IMG/VR virus record: IMGVR_UViG_3300008111_000005
Coordinates: 40,872 to 104,871 of that record
Direction: 5' to 3' (one strand)
Length of the DNA stretch: 64,000 bases
Source: a virus
In this document: positions 28,959 to 39,789 of the stretch, piece by piece
Layout of the letters: each line of letters starts with the position of its first letter
Position numbering within the stretch: the stretch's first letter is position 1
Translations under genes and position numbers: made by a program
The notes under the pieces: generated by a model
The model's input: only the letters and a program-made list of their open reading frames with translations
What the model was told of the DNA's origin: nothing
The model's database searches: none

Positions 28959-30365
28959 TTAATCATCCAAACTTTCTAGTCCACTCATTTCTGCTAGCTT
29001 TTTTCTCAAATTACTTCGTTCATCATTTGCTTGATTATCCATTTGTTTTTTCAAAAGGATACCCTTTGTGGACTTCTCATCATAAATATTGATTTGACCG
29101 ATACTTGTATCCATTACGACAGGGAAAGTTTGTCCGTCTGCGCCAAATCTATTTTTAATGATATGGGCACGTCCTGTCTTATTGACTTTATCCTCTAACT
29201 TTCTGCTCAGAGAAATAACCAAGTCTGCCGTCATAATCTTATTATAACTTTCGGAAATCTTATCTGCTTGAATTACATCGTCTTGAATAGAACTTCTCTG
29301 CGTCTGCGAAGCAGTCCAACACGGAATATTCAATTCTCCAGCGATACCACGAAGTTCTTCGTAAATTGCACCAAGTTCTTGATACCGTGCATCTACTCGT
29401 TCTGCTGACCTCAATAGGTCTGCGTAGTCAACCAACATAATATCTGGTTTATATCCCAATGCAGTTAACTGTTGCACGTGTGCCATTAGTGTATTACACG
29501 TTGCACTTCGAGCAGGATAATACTTAATAATTAATTGTCCGTTAATCTGTGACACCACATCTTTGACTGTATCAACGTTATCTGGAATCTTACCAGGTTC
29601 AATACCAGTGAAAATAGTATCATAACGAATACCGACATAATTTTCATTTAGTTCAAGTGTGTAATGAACAACACGTTTTCCTTTCTTCAATGCGTTTGCA
29701 CCGATGGTAGACAATGCCCAACTCTTACCAATACCCGATGGAGCAGCGATAACACCAAGTTCACCACCACCCAATCCACCACCAGTAATTGCATCAATTA
29801 CGTCCCAACCAGTTGCCACAGTATCACGAGAAATGCGAGCCAAACGACCCTCAATATCTTCTGACCAGTTTAGACCGATTTCCTTTGGTTGACCACTACG
29901 AAGGGCATTATCAACTACGGTTTTAATTGCATTATAGTCGCCACTTTGCAATAAATCTACCGATTTAATAATTGCTGATTTAAGTGATTGGTTACGAGCG
30001 AAATCAAGAAACTTATCACGAACATATTGTGCATCGCTGTCTGTAACCTTGGTGACAACCTTTCTGAGCAGTTCGATAGTTCCCGCACGAAGAGAATCAT
30101 CACTCTCGTGCGATAGTTCGATCTTAAAATATTCTAATGTTGGTAAAGTGCGGTATTCGTTGTAATATGTTAATGTTTTCTTCGCAAGCCATTTACCGGA
30201 ATCACTGTCAAAGAAGTATGGATTGATGACATCAAACGATTGCTCTAAAAAGTCAGGAGCTGAAATAATAGATGCTAATACTTTTGTTTGGAATTCAATT
30301 CCATACTTTGAAAGATTGTCTACATTACTATCATAGTTTTGTGGTGCTGCTACTATTGGAACCAT
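28959..30365 (-). CDS. replicative helicase (DnaB/T4 gp41-like)
   Basis: APSGIGKS, YTLEL, VDYAD, TASQ, KNRFG. Confidence 0.9.
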   Translation of the reverse strand: MVPIVAAPQNYDSNVDNLSKYGIEFQTKVLASIISAPDFLEQSFDVINPYFFDSDSGKWLAKKTLTYYNEYRTLPTLEYFKIELSHESDDSLRAGTIELLRKVVTKVTDSDAQYVRDKFLDFARNQSLKSAIIKSVDLLQSGDYNAIKTVVDNALRSGQPKEIGLNWSEDIEGRLARISRDTVATGWDVIDAITGGGLGGGELGVIAAPSGIGKSWALSTIGANALKKGKRVVHYTLELNENYVGIRYDTIFTGIEPGKIPDNVDTVKDVVSQINGQLIIKYYPARSATCNTLMAHVQQLTALGYKPDIMLVDYADLLRSAERVDARYQELGAIYEELRGIAGELNIPCWTASQTQRSSIQDDVIQADKISESYNKIMTADLVISLSRKLEDKVNKTGRAHIIKNRFGADGQTFPVVMDTSIGQINIYDEKSTKGILLKKQMDNQANDERSNLRKKLAEMSGLESLDD

Positions 30366-31407
30366 TAGAGAACCTCGTTAGTGGAACAAATGTGGATGTT
30401 AACCACATATCGTAATTCGGGAAGTTAGATATAACTTTACTGCGTATGAGCAACTTTGTCAAGTCCATCTTGCGTAAATCTGTCTTAGTTGTATCCAACT
30501 TATGAATAATTTTCATCTTTGCATCAGTAGAAATATTCACATCACGTAATTGCATTAATTGCATATTACGTTCTATAACATCTTTATTATCTAAAATATT
30601 TTCAATTAATTTTGGTTTCTTTTTTACATCAGTATATTTTTGTTCTATAAAATTGTAGTCTACCATGTCGGAATTATCTAACAATTCTGGTAATAGTTTA
30701 AGAACTGTTTTTTCTCCCGCCCCACGGATACCATCAATATTATCACTCTTGTCACCAAGTAACGCTCGATAATGTACGAAATTATCGGGATGAACGCCGT
30801 ATGCTTCTATTACGGTATTTACATCAAACGTCTTTTTCTTAACAGGATTATATACTCTGGTAGTTTCTGTAACCATCTGCAAGAAATCTTTATCTGTTGA
30901 GTAGATAATAGATTGTCCACCTTGTGCGGTAACCATTTCCGATGCATATGCAATCACATCATCCGCTTCGATGTTGTCCATAGTAAATACCGTTACTGGT
31001 AAACACTCCAACATTTCTACCAACGTTACCAGTTGATATTTCATATTTTCCGTTTCTTGCTGTTCGGTTGTCATATCATATTGACGATTCAACCGAGTTG
31101 GTGGTTTACGATTTGCCTTGTAGTCAGGATAAATTTTTCTTCGTCGTTGACTACCACCCTTACCATCAAACACAATAACAACACGAGTGGGTTTAAAATC
31201 ACGTATAACCGAACCAATACTTTTTAGAAATCCAGACATTCCACCAATATGATTTCCATTGTCATCCAATGTTGGAATTGCTGCATAACTTCTAAGGAAG
31301 GTGTTCAAAGCGTCAATCAGGAGGACACGACTGTTGTAGGTCATTCCCTCCTGATTGTTATTTTCGAAATTCATTGATGCAAAAACCTTTTGTAGATCAC
31401 TCATCAT
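30331..31407 (-). CDS. 5'-3' exonuclease / flap nuclease (T4 RNase H-like)
   Basis: LIDALN, VFDG, YKANR, EADD, STDKDFLQ, GDKSDNIDG. Confidence 0.92.
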   Translation of the reverse strand: MMSDLQKVFASMNFENNNQEGMTYNSRVLLIDALNTFLRSYAAIPTLDDNGNHIGGMSGFLKSIGSVIRDFKPTRVVIVFDGKGGSQRRRKIYPDYKANRKPPTRLNRQYDMTTEQQETENMKYQLVTLVEMLECLPVTVFTMDNIEADDVIAYASEMVTAQGGQSIIYSTDKDFLQMVTETTRVYNPVKKKTFDVNTVIEAYGVHPDNFVHYRALLGDKSDNIDGIRGAGEKTVLKLLPELLDNSDMVDYNFIEQKYTDVKKKPKLIENILDNKDVIERNMQLMQLRDVNISTDAKMKIIHKLDTTKTDLRKMDLTKLLIRSKVISNFPNYDMWLTSTFVPLTRFSNGSNSSSTTKL

Positions 31408-31702
31408 TACTCTCTGCCGTCGAGTTCATAAACCCCAATTTTTGTGCAAGTGCAATAATTTCAGTATCATTCATTGCGTTAATATCCAATCCTTCAAGTT
31501 CTTGAAGAATGGGGTCATTTGCAGTAACCGATAAGTTTGCTTCAAACGGAACTGGTACCACAGGTTGCGAAATTGCAACCTGTGGCGTCATTACATTATT
31601 GTATGACATTAGTTTCCGTCGAAGTTGTAATTCAAACTTATCTACATCACCCGATGCGTTGGTAAATGCTTCAAGTGCAATAGATATGAATTCTTCTAAC
31701 AT
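31397..31702 (-). CDS. hypothetical protein
   Basis: 101-aa ORF between recombinase and exonuclease. Confidence 0.65.
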   Translation of the reverse strand: MLEEFISIALEAFTNASGDVDKFELQLRRKLMSYNNVMTPQVAISQPVVPVPFEANLSVTANDPILQELEGLDINAMNDTEIIALAQKLGFMNSTAESNDE

Positions 31703-31705
31703 ATA

Positions 31706-32869
31706 TTAATCCAGTAAGAGTTCTTTCTTATCTTCTTCACCAGTATCTAACGACATCGCATCTGGATCGTATTCCGTCTTGTATTTCATAATCAGTGCGT
31801 CACAAATCTTCTGGTAGATAGATTCCTTTCTATCCATATCTTCATCCAAAATCTTTGGGAAATCCTTAGACTGGAATTTCAATTCTTCACCAGTAGTGTC
31901 ATCAACCAGAGTATACCATGCACCCGATTGCTTGACCAAACCATTGTCCTTCAAGACATCCAACCAGCTACCATAGTCATCAATACCACGGTCGAAGTAG
32001 ATATCAAATTCCGCGACACGATGCGGTGGACCAAGACGATTCTTTACCACTACCGCCTTTACCTTAACACCAACCACATTTTTACTTGAATCGTTGATTT
32101 TACCAATCAATGACAAACGAATACGAGTAGATGCGTGGAATGCGATAGCCTTACCACCCGAAGTAGTCCACGGGTCACTGAACGCAGGAGCGTTCATCTT
32201 CTGACGAAGTTGATTGGTAAAGACTAGTGCGATTCGCTCTCGTCCAAGAAGTCCTGTAATCTTACGCATCGCTTTGGAGATAATGATTGCTTTATCTGTT
32301 GCATATCCGTCTTTTCCAAAATCGGCTTCCATTTCTTTCTTGGTAGACGCAGCGGCAACGGAGTCAACGATAATCGTGACAAGCTTATCCTTTTCCTTAC
32401 CAGTTCTAACTTTTTCAATAATGTTTGTAATCGCATCGAAGATATCTTCTACGGTAGAAAGATGAACATATACTAGTTTATTCATATTGATACCCACCGC
32501 CTTGAAGAAGTCAGGATTGACTGCGGTTTCGGTATCAATAAGTACTGCCACACCACCACGTTTCTGCGTGTTAGCGATAAGCTGTGCACCAACCAATGAC
32601 TTACCAGAACCTTCAAGACCAGTAAGTTCAGTAATACGACCGACTGCGATACCTCCATACGGACGATTGCTCACCGCAATGTCCAACATAGTTGCACCAG
32701 TAGAAATAAAATCGGTAAAGTCGGTTGGTGTTTCTTCTTGCCCATCAAGGAAATAAGCAACCTGATCGGAATCCTTATTTAACTTGTTGAGTGAGTCTGC
32801 GATGACTTGTGCCAATTCGTCACGATTTGCTGACGGCATTGGTTTCTTAGTTTTCTTTTCGGTACTCAT
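31706..32869 (-). CDS. RecA/UvsX recombinase
   Basis: GLEGSGKS, IDTE, IVDSVAA, FTNQLR, SGGKAIAFHAS, KNR. Confidence 0.95.
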   Translation of the reverse strand: MSTEKKTKKPMPSANRDELAQVIADSLNKLNKDSDQVAYFLDGQEETPTDFTDFISTGATMLDIAVSNRPYGGIAVGRITELTGLEGSGKSLVGAQLIANTQKRGGVAVLIDTETAVNPDFFKAVGINMNKLVYVHLSTVEDIFDAITNIIEKVRTGKEKDKLVTIIVDSVAAASTKKEMEADFGKDGYATDKAIIISKAMRKITGLLGRERIALVFTNQLRQKMNAPAFSDPWTTSGGKAIAFHASTRIRLSLIGKINDSSKNVVGVKVKAVVVKNRLGPPHRVAEFDIYFDRGIDDYGSWLDVLKDNGLVKQSGAWYTLVDDTTGEELKFQSKDFPKILDEDMDRKESIYQKICDALIMKYKTEYDPDAMSLDTGEEDKKELLLD

Positions 32870-32881
32870 AATGATTACCGA

Positions 32882-33700
32882 TTAATTGTCGAATAGCTTA
32901 TCAAATTCATCAAGCGCGTTCTTGACCTGTGCCGATTCAGAAATCTCTGTCTTAACGTCGAGAATTTCCGCCGTCACACTCTTAACCTCAGGACTACCCT
33001 TTGCAGGTGCGGGGGTTGGTGTTGTGCTATCAGGATCGAGATACTTTTCCAGAACCACACGAAGTTCCTCGTACGAAGGTTCCTTGTACAGGGAGAAAAT
33101 ATCGGGCTGCTCAGAAAGAAGCTTCTTTGCAAGGTCCACATCAGCAACAACAGGAGTCTGATTCGGCTTCACCTTAACTGAGGTCTTAGCGAAGTTCGTG
33201 TCCGACTTTTCCTGCGGAATGTACTCTACTACAATGTCACGACCAGCCTTCGGGTCGGTGATATCACCGTAGTCAGGGTCAGCGATGTACGAAAGAAGGT
33301 CCTGATAGACTGTCTTACCGAATGAGAAGAAACGAACACCCTTGCTCTCTTCACCACGAACGATGATAGGAACATACGTACGGAGCTTCGGACGGAAAGC
33401 ACGTGACTGCGAATACGCAGCCTTCTCGGCGTCACGACCCTCACGGCGTGCATCTTCAACTAGCTTGTCTGCGAATTCCGCGATAGGGTCACGGCGCCCA
33501 AACGAAAGAGGTGAGATGTAGGTCTTATTACCAAGATAATGGAAATAGAGCTCAATAAAGGGATTCTCACGATTCTGCACCCACGGGACGATACGGATAG
33601 TCGTCTTACCTTCGGTGGGCTTCCAAATGGATTCACTGCGGTCAGTCTGCTTAGTGAATGTGTTCAGCTTTGCCTTTAGGGCATTAAAATCCAGTGCCAT
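32882..33700 (-). CDS. single-stranded DNA-binding protein (T4 gp32-like)
   Basis: IWKP..GKTTIRIVP, YGDITDP..GRD, acidic C-terminus DEFDKLFDN; ATG 33700 with AGGAG. Confidence 0.8.
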   Translation of the reverse strand: MALDFNALKAKLNTFTKQTDRSESIWKPTEGKTTIRIVPWVQNRENPFIELYFHYLGNKTYISPLSFGRRDPIAEFADKLVEDARREGRDAEKAAYSQSRAFRPKLRTYVPIIVRGEESKGVRFFSFGKTVYQDLLSYIADPDYGDITDPKAGRDIVVEYIPQEKSDTNFAKTSVKVKPNQTPVVADVDLAKKLLSEQPDIFSLYKEPSYEELRVVLEKYLDPDSTTPTPAPAKGSPEVKSVTAEILDVKTEISESAQVKNALDEFDKLFDN

Positions 33701-33754
33701 ACTTTTACTCCTTTTAGTGTTTAGTGTTGAGAGTTTAAAACTCCTCGTCATAGT

Positions 33755-33783
33755 ATTATAACGAGGTACTGCTTATTTGTCAA
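33755..33783 (-). promoter_or_regulatory. consensus sigma70 promoter for the SSB-recA-helicase run
   Basis: perfect TTGACA-17 bp-TATAAT. Confidence 0.9.
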
Positions 33784-33793
33784 GTAGTGATTT

Positions 33794-34195
33794 TTATAAA
33801 TTAATTATATTAGAAATTTTAGTATTTACTTTTTTCAAACGACCATATGCAGTCACCAATACAGTGTTCTGCAATTCAGACCAATCAATCTTATATGATT
33901 TATCTAATACACCACCATTCTTTTCTTCAATTAACTTGTTAATTGCATTAATTGTGTAAATGGTATTTGTTTGTTTCTTTCTATGAACTGAAATTGTAGA
34001 TTCCGGTGCTGCACCACGAACAGGTTTCGACATATCAATGTTGTAGGTTAATATGACTTGATTTTCATCATTCACATTGTCCAACACATATACTGAATTA
34101 AATGCAAGAGTATAAACTTTCTTAATCTGTTCGATTGTTACTTCTATGTCTTTCTTTGCACAAAAAGTACAGAGTAATTGCGTTTCTGCTTTCAT
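33794..34195 (-). CDS. hypothetical phage protein
   Basis: TQLLCTF, TISVHRKKQTNTIYTINAIN. Confidence 0.7.
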   Translation of the reverse strand: MKAETQLLCTFCAKKDIEVTIEQIKKVYTLAFNSVYVLDNVNDENQVILTYNIDMSKPVRGAAPESTISVHRKKQTNTIYTINAINKLIEEKNGGVLDKSYKIDWSELQNTVLVTAYGRLKKVNTKISNIINL

Positions 34196-34266
34196 AATAT
34201 AAACTCATTAGGGTAAAGCTTTCCAGCGTTAATCTCCTAATAAATATTATTATGTACGGTGAAACC

Positions 34267-35577
34267 TTATATTTTTATCATCTCCAACTCATCATAATTT
34301 CTACCTTTATACATTCTTGTTGGATATCCACCTTCTTCCAACAAACTCTTGATACGGGGAAGCATAGCGGTTTCTGACCTATGTAAATCCAATAGTAATG
34401 CATCGTATGTATATAGAATTGGTTTGGTCAATTTACCTTCCAATAATTGACACACCATAGATACTTTGGACAATGCTTCTTCTGTTTCCAACCATTGTAC
34501 GGAATAATTAAATACTTTGTTGGGTGAGGGTTCATCTACTATTATACGTTTTCCACTGTTTGTTTTAATAAACCCCATAACCTTATAAAAATCCCATAAC
34601 TGTTCAGAGTATTTTCGTACATTATGGAAAAACTCTACTCCACCAAAATCCTCGTTCATACCATACATTAGTGCGAATGTACGCGCCTTTGACTGCTCGT
34701 ACTCGTCTGGCGTCACTTCCTGCTTGCCGTAGTATTGTTGGGCGAGATAGGTGTGTACAGAACTCGTGGGCAGGTTATAATTGATTTGTGCCCCAACCAA
34801 TCGAAGATGAAACGCCTCATAGTCAAATTGGATAAGTAAACCATCATCACCATATCTACTGGTAAATGCTCGTCGAGTACCATCGTTTTTATTGATTGCC
34901 GCGAAGTTAATTCCACCATACTTGTTACTTGGACGACCTGTTGATGTATAGGGATTGTACTCAGAATATATAGTATTATTGTTTATATACTTTTTCACAT
35001 CACCATAATGTTCCATCAACACAGCAGAATCAACATAAATACCAGATTTCTCAATAGTAGTTAATGTTGGTATAACTTTATTATTAACAAAATCATACCC
35101 ATCTGGAATTTTATTATAAAAAGATTCTTTTAGAAACTGAGTTAGTTTGTATCCATATTCGACCCACATCATAAGTGGAACACTCAGATGTAAATTCTTA
35201 AACTGGAATTGTTGCAACATTCTGGTGATAATCGGGGTATAGTATTCTCGTATTTCGGGAATGACTTTACTGGATAGATGTAGTATTGTTGCAACATCAT
35301 GCACACGTTCCTGCGGGATGTTGAACGTGTGAAGAATTTCTCTTTTATAAAGTGTGATTACTTTAAATGCACGTTCCAATGAAATGGACATTGGTATTGC
35401 GTCGGGATGATTAAATGGAACGCAGTAGTAATCTTTATCAATAAGAATGTGAAGTGACGAGATGGTATTTATTGCGGGATGTGAGTGTTGATCGACAAAA
35501 ATAGGCACCACGACTGATGCCTCAGTTTCAATTCTGTTTTGTAGTTTTTGTAACTCCGTAACCGATTGAACGACCAT
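34267..35577 (-). CDS. family A DNA polymerase-like protein (compact, divergent)
   Basis: TSTGRPS, motif A FDYEAFHLRL, motif B SKARTFALMYG, motif C YTYDALL. Confidence 0.75.
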   Translation of the reverse strand: MVVQSVTELQKLQNRIETEASVVVPIFVDQHSHPAINTISSLHILIDKDYYCVPFNHPDAIPMSISLERAFKVITLYKREILHTFNIPQERVHDVATILHLSSKVIPEIREYYTPIITRMLQQFQFKNLHLSVPLMMWVEYGYKLTQFLKESFYNKIPDGYDFVNNKVIPTLTTIEKSGIYVDSAVLMEHYGDVKKYINNNTIYSEYNPYTSTGRPSNKYGGINFAAINKNDGTRRAFTSRYGDDGLLIQFDYEAFHLRLVGAQINYNLPTSSVHTYLAQQYYGKQEVTPDEYEQSKARTFALMYGMNEDFGGVEFFHNVRKYSEQLWDFYKVMGFIKTNSGKRIIVDEPSPNKVFNYSVQWLETEEALSKVSMVCQLLEGKLTKPILYTYDALLLDLHRSETAMLPRIKSLLEEGGYPTRMYKGRNYDELEMIKI

Positions 35578-35991
35578 TTACTCCCCCGACCAAAACTCCA
35601 TATAGTTTCGTAAGTGATTCGTGATACCAGGTAACTTTTCCTCTGCAAGCGATAAAAGTTCTTTGTTTTGGCTAATCACTCCCTTGATTAATATATTGTC
35701 CCCACTTGGCAAAGTCAAGATGGTATCTTCCAATTTACCACGTATTATCCAATCAATGGTAGTTTTTCTAAATAAGTTATTATCTTCAATAGCTGCGTAC
35801 TGCCCACCATCCAATTCATATATCAAACCATTACGTTGCGCAGTATACTTGGCAAAATATCGTGGTTTGACACGTTTATCAATATCTTCTTGTGTAAGTG
35901 TAGGAATAACATTTTGTATACTGGCAAGCAAGGTTTTCTTTACATCCGTGTTTCCTAGTATGTCAAATAATCCAGTAGGTATACTATCCAT
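35578..35991 (-). CDS. hypothetical protein (baseplate region)
   Basis: 137-aa ORF following the baseplate genes. Confidence 0.65.
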   Translation of the reverse strand: MDSIPTGLFDILGNTDVKKTLLASIQNVIPTLTQEDIDKRVKPRYFAKYTAQRNGLIYELDGGQYAAIEDNNLFRKTTIDWIIRGKLEDTILTLPSGDNILIKGVISQNKELLSLAEEKLPGITNHLRNYMEFWSGE

Positions 35992-36004
35992 AAATTATTT
36001 ACGG

Positions 36005-37300
36005 TTAAGTTTGATTTCTAAAATACGGTGCCATAATATTAAATGGTATGATATTCAATCTAGCATAAATATTAGTTGTCCATCCTCTATCCATTGTAAT
36101 AGTTTCTGTAAGACCGAATACTTGGAAAGCGCCTATCTTTTTGTATTGCTCAGAAATTCTATCCACCCAAAATATCTGTCCAATACTAAATCCTGCTACA
36201 CCAGGTATGGTTAATTCTACCGTTGTTGCTAGTTTACCAGGTGCTCTCCATGCATGAGGATTTGCGGGAGTTATAGTATTAATACCCAGCTTACCACTCG
36301 GCATTTCCGTTTCCGATGCCATTTCTTCTCGCATTCTATCTGGAAAGAATTCAAATAAATTTTGTGCCACGAGGAAATATTGTTCCGATGGAATGAAATT
36401 ACCAATGTTGGTTATAATATTTTGCGTCTGTTGTCTATATTCCGTAAGTGCCTGATCTGTGTTATCCAGTAATGCCAGTTCACCAGCCAGTTGTTGTTCA
36501 TTAATAATGACTTGATTTAACGCAATACGATTTTTTAAGTCTTGTAAAAATGTAATGGTACTAGGTGTAGTTGCACCACCTGCATTTGTATATGCTGACC
36601 GTGGAGCGGATGGAACTGTTAATAGTTTTAATATTTCATCATCATTTATTGGTGTGACGTATGTTGTTCGTTCATAATCACTAACACTTAAAAAAGTTCC
36701 CGATGTAACAGTGTATGATGGTATACTTAATCCAACAGTCGTATAATAATTTTGAAGTAACGGTAATGCAGCGTCATTGTTATCTTTCAACCTGCCATCG
36801 TTCCATTTCGAACGTTCTGTATTTACTGTATCTACGATAGTTGTAACTTTATCTTGTGGTGGACGTAAAATAACAAATGGTATTGCTCGTTTATCTTGTA
36901 ATGACGTTGAGGTAATTCCACCATTTACCAATGTTAAATTATTATTGAATCCAACCGTGTCCGATAAATTTCCACCAATAATTCTTGCACTCGTAGGACT
37001 TACAGATACAACGATATCACCGTGCGAAACACCAGTCCAAGAAGTTGTCTGTGTATATGTTTGGGTGTTCCATACGTTATTTTCACTTCTGTTTGCTACT
37101 ACTATATCGCCAACTTGTAGTTTGGAGTTGAGAGGATTTAATACTTGAAATCCTCTACTATTTCGTCGTAAGTCTTGTGCGTACGCCGTATGAGAAGTTC
37201 TCGCAGGAAAATCAACACCGGCAGTTTTCATAACATAACTTATGAACGCTGCACTCCACGCTGTATTATTGATAAATGTTTGTTGTGATGTTGTTGGCAT
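36005..37300 (-). CDS. baseplate-associated protein with DUF2272/CHAP-like domain
   Basis: AWSAAFISYVM, GDIVV, SHGDIV, IGGNLSDTV; hub-like C-terminus. Confidence 0.6.
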   Translation of the reverse strand: MPTTSQQTFINNTAWSAAFISYVMKTAGVDFPARTSHTAYAQDLRRNSRGFQVLNPLNSKLQVGDIVVANRSENNVWNTQTYTQTTSWTGVSHGDIVVSVSPTSARIIGGNLSDTVGFNNNLTLVNGGITSTSLQDKRAIPFVILRPPQDKVTTIVDTVNTERSKWNDGRLKDNNDAALPLLQNYYTTVGLSIPSYTVTSGTFLSVSDYERTTYVTPINDDEILKLLTVPSAPRSAYTNAGGATTPSTITFLQDLKNRIALNQVIINEQQLAGELALLDNTDQALTEYRQQTQNIITNIGNFIPSEQYFLVAQNLFEFFPDRMREEMASETEMPSGKLGINTITPANPHAWRAPGKLATTVELTIPGVAGFSIGQIFWVDRISEQYKKIGAFQVFGLTETITMDRGWTTNIYARLNIIPFNIMAPYFRNQT

Positions 37301-39786
37301 TATCGTATCTTACTATTTACAATGTTTACTAAATTAGCTTGCGACTGCGTTATTTTGTCTACCACTTTTTTCTTTCTCTCATCGGTAAATAATGCCTTGT
37401 TAATTCCCGTCGTACTGGTGGCATCTGCAGCAAATCCAGGTCTTGCTCTACTTTGCGTACTTCCTCCCGATGCTTGTGTATCATACGCGGATACGAATTT
37501 ATCAAGTTCATCTTTCTTGAAGTTATTAATCAATGATACCGTGCGTGCAGCAAATATTTTTTTCAATGCGGTTAATTGTTGCGGTGTTAGTTTTGGATTG
37601 AGAGTATTTAATTCTTGATTAATTGCAGCAGCTTCGGCGGTAGTTAACAAATTTTTGTTTGCAAACAATCGTTTTAAAATACTTTCAATTGGTGCTGGTA
37701 TGTTAGTTGCTCCAAATCCAGCTTCGTTCAAACTATTTTGTACAACACTACTTAATCCAGAAAATTGTGTTTGTTTTAAATTTGCGTCAATAAATGCACT
37801 GACCGTGGCTCCCGTTGCTGCGGCTGATGCCTGTGCCTGTGGTTGTGTCTGTCTGGTTTGTTGTACATCCACTGTTGGTGAAAATATGTCATCAACTACT
37901 CGTGCCCGAACAAAGTCTGTTTCTCGTCGTTCTGGTGAACTTACGTTATTATTTAATGCCGATATAGCTAATTGTGAAAACACCGCTTTCGGATAATCGG
38001 TTTTAACTTCAACATTAAGAACATCTGGTCCGATTGTATCCTCATCCAAACTACTTAATTTTTTATTGAATGTATATATTGGTTGCGTTCTATTTCCAGC
38101 TTGTGGTCTACGTACATTATCATCCAATATACGGAACCCTGCAACATCGTCGTCAAAGAAAAGTTTTAAATCCCAGTAGTTTTCAGTTGCGGAATTCATA
38201 TTTCGTAATAGTGTTTCGAATCCATCCATCCACGTTCTTGCATTTAAAAACGCATTCTGTACTGCTTTACTGTTTACGAATACACCACTGGATAATGGGA
38301 TAGCATCACTAACTCTTCCAACTGATTGAAATTGCGAAACATTTAATTTACTAAATACTTGATTTACCCCACCCACTTGGGTACCTGCGGCAGCATTAAC
38401 ATCATTAAATCTATTGGATGCTGATCCAGATTCAATCTTACCCAATACAGAGGTTTTAAGTGTATAATCACGACTATTGGAATTACTTTTATTAATCTTG
38501 TCTAGATTATAGATAATCATTGTAGCCGGTTGTGTAGATCGTAAATCTTTATGGAATCCAATATATGTATCTGCCGCTTTATTGATTAAAAACGGTAGTT
38601 TATCTGTTGGTTTAATTCCGCTATTTACAATTTTGAGTAAACCGTCATTTACATCGTTTATGAAATAATCAATGAAAAAATCAAATCGAATGAAAAATGT
38701 ATCTTCGAATCCAAGGTCATTAGTTACGTTGAGTGTCTGTGATGTAGGCAATGCATCCTTGATAGCTTTGACATCATCTGGATCGTTAAATTGTAACACC
38801 GCCAATGCCTTTACATCACTTGGAGGTAATGCTGCGATTTCGTGTAGTAATTTAGAAAACTTTCCATTCAATTTAAAATATTGATTTATGGAAGTATTAT
38901 CTTGATTACCTGTTTGTCCAGAAGTTAGTGGATTATTTGTTGCGTATGCCGACACATACATAATATTATCCGCTTGACCGAACGCAGTAATTGTTACTTT
39001 GTATACATTATTTTCTAATGTTGTTTTTACATTGGCGATTCGTGCTACGGAAAAATCATAGTTGAAATTATTTGGCTTACACCATTCTTCTATTATCTTT
39101 GTTCTTGATGTTTTATTAAAATCACGAATGACTTGTAAATCTCTATTGTTCTTAAAATCTAAAATCTTCGTTAGTGATTTTGTACCAGTTGGTGTTGTAG
39201 ATACTGATCCCCATTCAAGTATAGCTGTCATTCCAGGTACAAATGATAATATCTCCAACAATTCCAATTGTTGTTGGGTATAACAACTTACTTCAAGTGT
39301 AAATTTTAATACATTACCATTTCGTGTACGTTCTATTCTTGCACTTGTAATACCAGGTGGTGGAAAATTCTTATTGGATTCTCTTCCCCCCTCTGTTACT
39401 AATGTAGGTAAGGTTCCTCTACCCCCTGTGTTTGCTAACGTATACGAGCTATCTTGTTGTACATGTGTGTACACTAATTTCTGTTCACCGGTATTATATG
39501 TTGTTCCGATAACCAATCCATTATTTGCAGCTGTACCGTACAGGTCGGACGTAGAATAATTTAAATTATCCCACCCATGCAATCCCAACGTAAATAAACG
39601 ATATCCTTTGTAAATTGAGTATCTTGTGCCCAATCTAGCTTCCAGATCAGACATATCGGCACCAGTAGTAAATCGTAAAAACGGAGCACGTGTACGTACT
39701 AGTTCTTTTGAACGAGAACGTTTATTTAATTCCGTTTGTAAATCTTCTCGAAAAACATTTAGTGTTTCTACTGGGTTTATTGACAT
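37300..39786 (-). CDS. putative baseplate hub protein
   Basis: 828 aa, PPGITS, PGMTAILEWG; located after the LysM-like wedge gene. Confidence 0.5.
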   Translation of the reverse strand: MSINPVETLNVFREDLQTELNKRSRSKELVRTRAPFLRFTTGADMSDLEARLGTRYSIYKGYRLFTLGLHGWDNLNYSTSDLYGTAANNGLVIGTTYNTGEQKLVYTHVQQDSSYTLANTGGRGTLPTLVTEGGRESNKNFPPPGITSARIERTRNGNVLKFTLEVSCYTQQQLELLEILSFVPGMTAILEWGSVSTTPTGTKSLTKILDFKNNRDLQVIRDFNKTSRTKIIEEWCKPNNFNYDFSVARIANVKTTLENNVYKVTITAFGQADNIMYVSAYATNNPLTSGQTGNQDNTSINQYFKLNGKFSKLLHEIAALPPSDVKALAVLQFNDPDDVKAIKDALPTSQTLNVTNDLGFEDTFFIRFDFFIDYFINDVNDGLLKIVNSGIKPTDKLPFLINKAADTYIGFHKDLRSTQPATMIIYNLDKINKSNSNSRDYTLKTSVLGKIESGSASNRFNDVNAAAGTQVGGVNQVFSKLNVSQFQSVGRVSDAIPLSSGVFVNSKAVQNAFLNARTWMDGFETLLRNMNSATENYWDLKLFFDDDVAGFRILDDNVRRPQAGNRTQPIYTFNKKLSSLDEDTIGPDVLNVEVKTDYPKAVFSQLAISALNNNVSSPERRETDFVRARVVDDIFSPTVDVQQTRQTQPQAQASAAATGATVSAFIDANLKQTQFSGLSSVVQNSLNEAGFGATNIPAPIESILKRLFANKNLLTTAEAAAINQELNTLNPKLTPQQLTALKKIFAARTVSLINNFKKDELDKFVSAYDTQASGGSTQSRARPGFAADATSTTGINKALFTDERKKKVVDKITQSQANLVNIVNSKIR

Positions 39787-39789
39787 AAA

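Noticed and set aside
16026-32869. Inteins or introns in PolB, RNR, helicase or RecA
   Set aside because: Lengths are normal, motifs are contiguous and no splice-junction signatures were seen
35621-36214. 197-aa plus-strand ORF and other plus-strand ORFs in the track
   Set aside because: All overlap better-supported minus-strand genes and lack motifs
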